From assembly GCA_963575745.1 (NCBI GenBank), contig CAUYUJ010000001.1:2046001-2110000 (forward strand): 64,000 nt of DNA. Reading direction: 5' to 3'. The translations under genes and the position numbers were made by a program. A model generated the notes under the pieces. The model searched no databases. It had not been told where the DNA came from and saw only the letters and a list, made by a program, of their open reading frames with translations. Below are positions 56,440-64,000 of the stretch, piece after piece. Position 1 is the stretch's first letter; the number at the start of each line of letters is the position of its first letter. The DNA comes from Prorocentrum cordatum (Eukaryota).

Positions 56440-57882
56440 GTGAAAGCGGCCCCCTCGGGGCCGATGCCGCTGGCAGCAGGGCAACACGCCCCCGAGCAGC
56501 CGCTCGCCTACCACCAAGCGGCACTGCCGCTCCACCAGCCAGCCTGGAACACCTTCTCGGCGAAGGAGGTCTATGGTCGCGACAGCCTCTTGCCCATCGC
56601 GGAGGTCCTCCTGTTGCACTGCGACCAGCCCCCCGCCCTCAGGTCGGCGTCTGGGGGGCGAACCATGTGGCGGTTCCATCGTGCATGATGCGTCGCGCGC
56701 GTGTCGCTCCAGATTCCGGTTGGGGGGTGGGGCTTGCCTACGGATTGATTGCCCCAGGCGTGCCCGCTGTGCGCCAGCTTGGCGGGCTGCTTCCAGAACC
56801 TGATGTGGTACTGTGTCGCCATGGAGGCTGACCCAGAAGCGGTGCAGGCCACGTGGGGCCCGCCGAGGGGCGAGTTCTTGTTGTGGGCGCTGCGGGACGC
56901 GCCGGATGTGGACGAGCTAGCTGCCAAGGTGTGGCTGATTGGCGTGGCTGCGTCGACCTGCGTGCACGCGTGCCAGCGCCGCGCGTTAAGAAAGGGGGGC
57001 GGCGGGCTTGCGCGCGCGCTCCCTCCTCCCTCGCTTCTTCCCTCCCTCCCTCCCTCCCTCCCTCCCTCCCTCCCTCCCTCCCCCCTCCTTGCCTACAGGT
57101 ATGTCTACTGGGCCTTCCTGTCTATATGCACTCCCACCTCCCTCCCCCATACCCTACAGGCGCGCCTACAGGCGCACCCTGCCTACTGGCACTCCCGTTC
57201 ACAGGCGCGCCTACAAGCCCTCCCCGCCTATAGGAGCCCTCCTCGCCTGCCTACAGACACGACTACAGGCCCTCCCTGCCTACAAGCATCCGCGCTCCCC
57301 AACGGCAGTGTCTATAGGCGCCCGCTGCGAGGGCCCGTGGGGACTACAGGTCGGAGGTTGGCTCTTGTCGGCCAAGAGGGGCCAGCAGCCAGACGCGCTG
57401 CTGGGGGCTCAAGTCCAGAGGCTGTCGGTGGAGGTCCTGTGGGCCTACGAAACGTGTGATGGGTGTGCGCAGGAGGGGAGGGAGGGCGGGAGGGAGAGAG
57501 GGAGAGGGAGGGAGGGAGGGAAGAAGGGAGGGAGAGGGGGGGAGAGAAGAAGGGAGGGAGGAGGAGAGGAGGAGGAGGAGGAGGAGGAGGAGGAGGAGAG
57601 AGAGAGAGAAGGAGGAGGAGGGAGGAGGAGGAGGAGGAGGAGGAGGAGGATGAGGAGAGAGGGAGGGAGAGGAGAGGGAGGGAGGAGGGGGGGAGGGAGG
57701 AGGAGGAGGAGGAGGAGGAGGAGGAGGAGGAGGAGGAGGAGGAGGAGGAGGAGGAGGGCTAGCTGTCAGCGCTCGATTCTGATTGATTCGGTCCGCCGCG
57801 TGCTGGCCACGTTCCGGGCGCGCCCTGCAGCGGAGCGTCGTCAAGTGTGGCATGTTGCCGGCGCTGGCTCTCTCGGCTGCAC
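56440..57882 (+). CDS. Four phase-compatible exons of a probable host gene (56440-56604, 56758-56928, 57350-57462, 57763-57882), product unknown
   Basis: Each exon is bounded by AG and GT (last donor GTAAG). They join in frame as ..KEVYGRDSLLPIAE|ACPLCASLAGCFQNLMWY..DELAAK|VGGWLLS..YETCDG|CQRSILIDSVRRVLATF. The intervening repeat arrays fall inside the inferred introns. Confidence 0.5.
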
Positions 57883-59849
57883 GTAAGAGTGACCCTTTGC
57901 CCGAGTGGCCCTTTGGTTTAATTCCGTAGTTGCCTGCTGGCGCGAAGATATTTTCCACGCGCGTCCAGCCGATCGTCGATGCGGCGCGACAGCAGCGGCT
58001 TGCGCGGTTGCGTTGAGCCTCACGGGCGCCCCTAAAGCCGCTCACCACAGGGCACCATTGGGGTCATTCTTACGTGCAGCCGGCCCTCGTACCGTGTGAG
58101 GAAGTTCCGCATTGCCATCCCTGTGTGGGCTGAAGGCTTCGACCTCAGCATCGTCGGTGGGGAGCTTGCAGGGAAATCGTAGCGGGGGGCCCCCATGCCA
58201 CGTGTTGCTTCGTAATTTCTGATCGATGTCCTTCAGCTAGCCAGCGTTGGGACCGAACGATGGTAGACGCTTGGCCAAACGGCAGGGAGTTGCTGTTGCA
58301 GGCAGGACCACGCCCTCGACTCCTGGCCAGGACGTCTCGCTTGTAGGAGGAGCTTGACAGTCGCCTTGCCTCTCCGCGCCCCGAGTTGTGGGACAAATCA
58401 GACAGAAGCTTGCGCGTGGATTCGGGCAGTTTGACCGGAGGCAGCCATGTCTGCGATGCAGGACCTCGCTGAGGAAGGTTTCCGATACGAGGTCACAGGA
58501 CCGAGTTTGGAAGCGACCCGAGCCTCGGAGATTCTGTGCCACGAGGGCGCAGGACCGAGACTGGAACAGTCAGGAACAGGGGCACAGCACCGATCCCAGA
58601 ACAGGTGGGAACGGGGACGGTATCGCGAACAACAATGCAATCGCTGAGCCGTGCGTAGTCGGCTGCGTGAGGTGGCGATGGAATTTGCAGGCCAGCAGGA
58701 TCACACCAAGCCAGGAATATACGGAGCCAAGGCCTGCGATGGATGTTCCCAGTACAGAATTCAGTCAAAGTCGTGAAAAGCGCCCGCGAATAAGTTTATC
58801 AGCAACGATGCTGCTGGGTACAGCGGGAAGGGTGAGGAGGAGGAAGAGGAGATGGGCGTGGCCGGGTGGCTCAATATGCCCGATCGGTGTTGGCAGCGTT
58901 GTTGTGCCAATCTGCTTTGAATTGGCCCGCTGGAGTCACAGCCGCCCTCTTTTGCATGGCTGATGTTGTGTGTAACGTCGCTATCCCTGCTCCTTCAATC
59001 AGCACACATTTGATCATGGTGTCCCCAGTGACTTGGCTTGCCCAGGAGGCAACGCACGCGCGAGGGCATGCAAACCATACCATGAAGAATTCGCTTGCAC
59101 ACCACATGCAGTTCAGATGATAACAATGTGTTTCAGTCGTCAGATTGATGTTTATGTTTTCGCCGGCTATCGTTACGTGGGTTGCTGATTTCTACTGCGT
59201 GTGTGGTCTTTGCGCACCATGTTGCTTGGATCTAGAACGAATCCTAGACGCATGTTTACCTATGGAGTGTGCGCCGCGATCTTAGACCCATGACGTCTCG
59301 TGCGAGTCCGATTGGGCATATTTGTGTGGAGCATGCTCCCCATATGTAAGTACGGTCGCATTTTCAAACGGTAGCAACACAAATGGTTCCCATGCGCTTG
59401 TCGGTTGACTTTCATTTGGCTTAATCAAGTGATGTTGTTGGACTGCAGCCCAATCGATTGGAAATGGTTAAGGTCCCTGATGGTAGGCCGTCTACACGCG
59501 TTAGTGCAAAAGTTCCTGCGCTCGGAGGAGATGTTGCCGTTTCCCGTATCTCCACAAGCCCATTCAGAATCAATGCCCAGGCGAGTTGTCTTGATCGGGG
59601 CAGTGTAGGGGGAACGGGTGGGCAGCCGTCAAACTGAAGCTCAGGATCAGACTGAGCAAACCCAAGCGTCAGCCAGGAAGGTGTTCGGATCTGTCGATAT
59701 AGGGGTCCTCTTGGCATTTTGCTTGGGTTATCTGCGGGCCCCCTTGGGGGAAATGTGCATGCCTCTGGGACTCCGTTGGGACCTCCCTGGACGGCATCGA
59801 TCAAAGAGGGGGGGGTCGTCTTAATTAGGGGCAGTGGCCGACCACAACG

Positions 59850-60775
59850 ATGTTTAGTCAGCTTTTCGCATTCGTTTTGTTGTTCGGTTTGTTTTTCGGT
59901 GTGATTCCGTTGTGTTGTTCGCTGTCGTTGCACAGGCGTTTGAAGTTTAAACGTTTTTGATTGCGGGCGTTTCGTTGTCTGTTTCGTTTCGCCGCGATTC
60001 CAAGGTTGCGTTTCGGTGTTATGTTGCTTATTTCGGTTAAGTCGTGGTTCGGCAGTTGGTCGTTTCGTTTCGCGCCGCCGTCGTCGTTCGATGTTCCCTT
60101 TGCGTGTAATAATGGGATGCCGTTTGTGATTTGATATTCGTTTCGTTGTTCGTTTGTTTTCGCAGAGGCCTCAAACGGGGCCTCGTCCCTCGCCCTGGCC
60201 CTGGCTTGTAGCCTTCGCCGCAGCCCTGGTTAGTTGCCCGTTTCGTTGTCCGTTTGGTATCGCATGCGCCTCAAACGGAACACCGCCTTTCGCCTTAGCT
60301 TGGGTTGTGTAGCCTTCGCCGCAGCCATGGTTAGTTTCTCGTTTCGCTGTTTGTGTTGTTCCGTTTGTTGTCGCGCGAGCCTCAAACGGAATTCCGCTTT
60401 TCGCTTTAGCCTTGGCTTTGCAGCCTTCGCCGCAGCCTTGATTCGTGTTGTCCGTTTCATGTTGAGTTTGTTTCATGCTGTCGTTTTGTTTGTGTCGGGC
60501 CCCAGTCAGAACCTTGTTTTTCGCGCTCGCTTTGGCAACAGACTCCATACAATGTTGCCCCGTCCCCAGCCATCGTTCGATGCATCGTTTCATGTTCCGT
60601 TTTGTTAGCCAACGAGGTTTGCGGAGTTCGTTTCGTTGTTCGTTTTGTTGTCTCGTTGAATGGCGACATCATGTCGTGTCCGTTGCCGCTTGCACCCGTA
60701 TCGTTTTAAACGTGTCGTTGCCAACGTTCGGATTCGTTTTCGTGTTCGATCTAATCGCCAGTTCGTTTTAAACAT
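59850..60775. repeat. GTTTC-rich low-complexity region with three ~105-bp units (GCCTCAAACGG...AGCCTTCGCCGCAGCC)
   Basis: Units at ~60168, 60268 and 60379. Confidence 0.7.
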
Positions 60776-62851
60776 CGGTGTGGTGGGTCCTTGATTACGG
60801 CCCGTGCGGGGCCAGACAAGTCGTTTCTGGGGGCCATCGTGGAGGCCATCGATCAAAGAAGGGGGTTCTTAACTACGCCCCCCGTTGGAGGCAGAACCAT
60901 CACCTCTTGTAGCCCTTTGGAGCTCTCTTGGGCCATATTGGAGCTATCTTGAGGTCTCAAAAGCCCGCCAAAAGATACAAGGCGAGAAGGCACACGCCAC
61001 AGGTTTCCTTTATGCCTTATGTGTTGAAAGGGTGGGTGCCTCTCGGGGGCGTCCTTCGGAGGCTCCATGGCCACTTGGACCCATCTTGGGGCGATATTAG
61101 GGCCTCTGGGAGGCATGTTGGAGGTTAGATTGCTTCATATTATATCATCCATATTGGAGCCACCTTGGCCCAAAGGCTCCCAAGGATGCCCCCAAGATGT
61201 CAACATCTGTCAACACACTCAAAATTCTCAAATCGCGGAGCGAAGGGAGGGGTTCTCAAGATCAGCCCCGCGGTCGGAATCAGAACGGTCGTCTCTTGGT
61301 GCTCTCCTGAGGCGCCCTCTGGCGCGCTTGGGGCGGTCTTGGAACCATCCTGGGCCCCTCTTGGGGCTCTTTTGGGCGATCTTGGAGCAATCTGGAGGTC
61401 CCCGAAAGCAAGTCAGAAGCGAAACAACCAGACTGTAAGTATTACTACGCCAGAGAAAAGCCCCAATTAGTGGATGTTTTGAAAGGTTTGATACAGAGAT
61501 TGACCAGGAACCCGGGAATCTATACAGAGATCGATAATGATATCGATACAGAGATCGATAAGGACATCGATACAGATCGATACAGAGATACACAGGACAA
61601 AAATCCCATGGGATCGATACAGAGATCGATAAAGAGATCGACGGGGAACTCGGGAGCCCGGAAACCCAGAACCCACCGAAATCAGCCCGGAACCAATGAC
61701 CAGGAAACCGGGAATCCGGAACCGGGAAACCGGGAACCCAGCCGGCCACCAAAATCGGCGGGAAATTTTCGCCAGATCGTTCAATATCCGCTAGTACCCC
61801 TTCTGTGCAAGCTTTGATTGGGGAATGTGGTTGCTCTGGGTGTTGGAAGGGGGCATCTCGGGCATCTCGGGTACGTCATCGGGGGGCTCCTTGGCCACTT
61901 GGAGCCGTCTGAGGGACCAACTTCTGCGATCGTGGATACCATCTTGGGCCATGCTGGACGTTCTGACCGCTCGGGGGGGAGGGGTCCAGACCCAGGGCAG
62001 GGGTGAGGTGGGAACCACCTCCCGAAGGGGAAGGGGAGGGGTATAAGAACAAGGTCGCCAAGCCCCGTAAACTGGCTGACAGCGATGTAGGTAACGGCGA
62101 TGTCGGTCGGTAGTGTGGGGGAACGCGTGGCTCGCGTTTTCCCACAATTCGTTGTGTCGTGTTCGCTCGATTCATTCGCATACTGGAAACGTAGGAAAGT
62201 GTGGTTCGTGATTTCCTACAACTTGGTCCCCAGCATCACCGCCAAGCAGCATCGCCATCAGCTCGGCCTTGGAAGCCACCTGCGCCCCCAAGGGCTGGTG
62301 GGATTATGATCGGTGCACAGCGAAGGGGCCTACCAGAACTCGCAACTCGCCGTATTCAAGCGGTGTTGACCCAGACATGCGACGTCCTGATTTTTTCAGG
62401 ACGGGGTCCCTCTAAGTCCCGACCGGCTCCCCGGGACTGGTTTTTCAGTCTGCGTTGTTTTTTTGACGGTCCCGAGGCCCGGCGAGGGCCTCCTGAGGCC
62501 GAAATTGGCAAAAAACTTGCCGTCCTGATTTTTTCACGACGCGATCATGTCTGGGGCCATATCCTCGGAGATCTGGGGAGCTATGGCCCCCCAGCCGGGT
62601 GCGCACGCGAGCTCCGCCAGCAGCCGGCCGGGGAGGCTCTGGCCGCCGCGCCCCAGCAGGCGATGGGCTGCAACGGGAGCAGCCACGCCGAGGCTTCGCG
62701 GCGCCTCCGCCCCGCAGCGTGACCGTCCCAGCGGCCCCGTCGGAGGAGGAGGAGGAGGAGGAGGAGGGGGAGGAGGAGGGAGGAGAGGGAGGAGGAGGAG
62801 GAGGAGGAGGAGGAGGAGGAGAAGAAGGCGGAGGAGGAGGAGGGGGAGGAT

Positions 62852-64000
62852 GAGTGCAAGACCCCAAGACCCATCAACGATGTTGCAATACACCCTCCCC
62901 CAAGTTCTTCATAGGTCCCTCCAAGGATGATCTATTTTCACCGCGGGAAGTGCACCGTTGGAAGACAACCGCCTGAAAACGTCCCGGCACGCCAAAGCAC
63001 CACTTCTGAGACGTCAACGCCGCGAATCAACGTGATTGTTACGTGCTGGCGATCCTGAAACGCGTCAGACCACCAGTCCTGGGGCTTCAACGCCGCGGAT
63101 CAACTTGACTGTCGCGCCCCGACAATCGCAATTCGTGCCCAAACACCGTTTCTGGGACATCAGCCATAATAATATTTGAACGTGCTGTAAGCTGTTAAGA
63201 AGAATGTGTGTAGTGCTGAGGCGAGAGCCACATTTTGGAAACGAGCCGCCCTCCATCCGTGAAGCTCGTGCGACATTTGTTTGACGAATGTGAGCGGTGT
63301 CAAGGGGAGAGACAAATTTTGAAAACGACCCGCCCTCCATGCGTGAAGCTCTTGTGAGCTTTTGAATCGAATGTGCGCGACGCTAAGGCGAGAACCACAC
63401 TTTGAAAACCACCCGCCCTCCATCTGCGAGGAGGAGGAGTGGGATGTGGAGGAGGAGCGGGGCAGGAAGAGTAGGAGGAGGAGGAGGGCCAGTGCAAACC
63501 CAAGACCCACTTGGAATGCACCATCAATCCAAGCTCCATCTTCATAGGCCACTACAACGGCTCGTTTCCACTAAGGGATTTGTCCCGTAGGGGGACAATC
63601 GTGCGAAAATCCTGGAGCGTGCCAAAACACCGTTCAACGCCACGAGTGAACCTGATTGGCACGTCTTGGCGATCATGAGTCGTGCCAGAACACCATTCTT
63701 AGGACATCAACACTGCAGATCAGCGAAACGATTGCGCCCTGACAATCCAGAATCGTTCCAGAACGTTGTTTCTGGTACGTTATCCATGAGAATATGTCAA
63801 ACTCCTGCGACTTGTTAAAACGAATGTGCGCAGCGCGAAGGCGAGAGCCACGTTTCGAAGACGAGCCGCTCTCAATCCGTGGAATTCTTGCAAATGTTTA
63901 AAACGAATGTGCGCGGCTCTAAGGCGAGAGCCACATTTTGGAAGCGACCCGCCCTCCATCTGTGAAGCTGCTGCAACTTCTGAGCTGCAGGATCACGACT
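62852..64000 (+). mobile_element. (GGA)n-embedded composite element, copies 4 (62852-63428) and 5 (63488 to the window end)
   Basis: Heads AGTGCAA.ACCCCAAGACCCA.., followed by the ACGAATGTG.G..G.GCT.AGGCGAGAGCCACATTTTG units, separated by a GGA tract. Confidence 0.72.

Noticed and set aside
1..64000. tRNA/rRNA genes, primer-binding site and paired LTRs
   Set aside because: None were recognised by eye. The PBS and 5' LTR would lie upstream of base 1, so LTR pairing and the TSD cannot be verified here.

Overview
This is GC-rich, repeat-dense eukaryotic DNA, most likely from a dinoflagellate such as Prorocentrum. That assignment is an inference from the retroelement motifs, the (GGA)n tracts and the short exons. 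Bases 1 to about 15,800 hold a giant, nearly intact Ty1/copia LTR retrotransposon whose 5' end lies upstream of the window. Its four ORF blocks reconstruct into one polyprotein of about 5,130 codons in this order: Gag (CCHC knuckle), Tpt1/KptA-like NAD+-dependent RNA 2'-phosphotransferase, RING-H2, aspartic protease, a single in-frame UGA, a degenerate and a more intact C5 cytosine-methyltransferase-like domain, tandem CxxC-H-C modules, integrase, RT and RNase H. The UGA sits in a UGA-CGG context followed by a 12-bp stem-loop, which is a readthrough signature. The element also carries dozens of copies of a covarying GCGGN-[4 nt]-N'CCGC mini-hairpin, in more than one reading frame. Two -1 breaks look like 1-nt deletions rather than programmed frameshifts. 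The remaining ~48 kb is microsatellites, minisatellites, MITE-like and microsatellite-associated non-autonomous elements, one intronless orphan ORF, and probable short exons of a + strand host gene. Most ORFs in the supplied track beyond 15.5 kb are artefacts of simple repeats. All domain calls come from motif recognition by eye; no searches were run.
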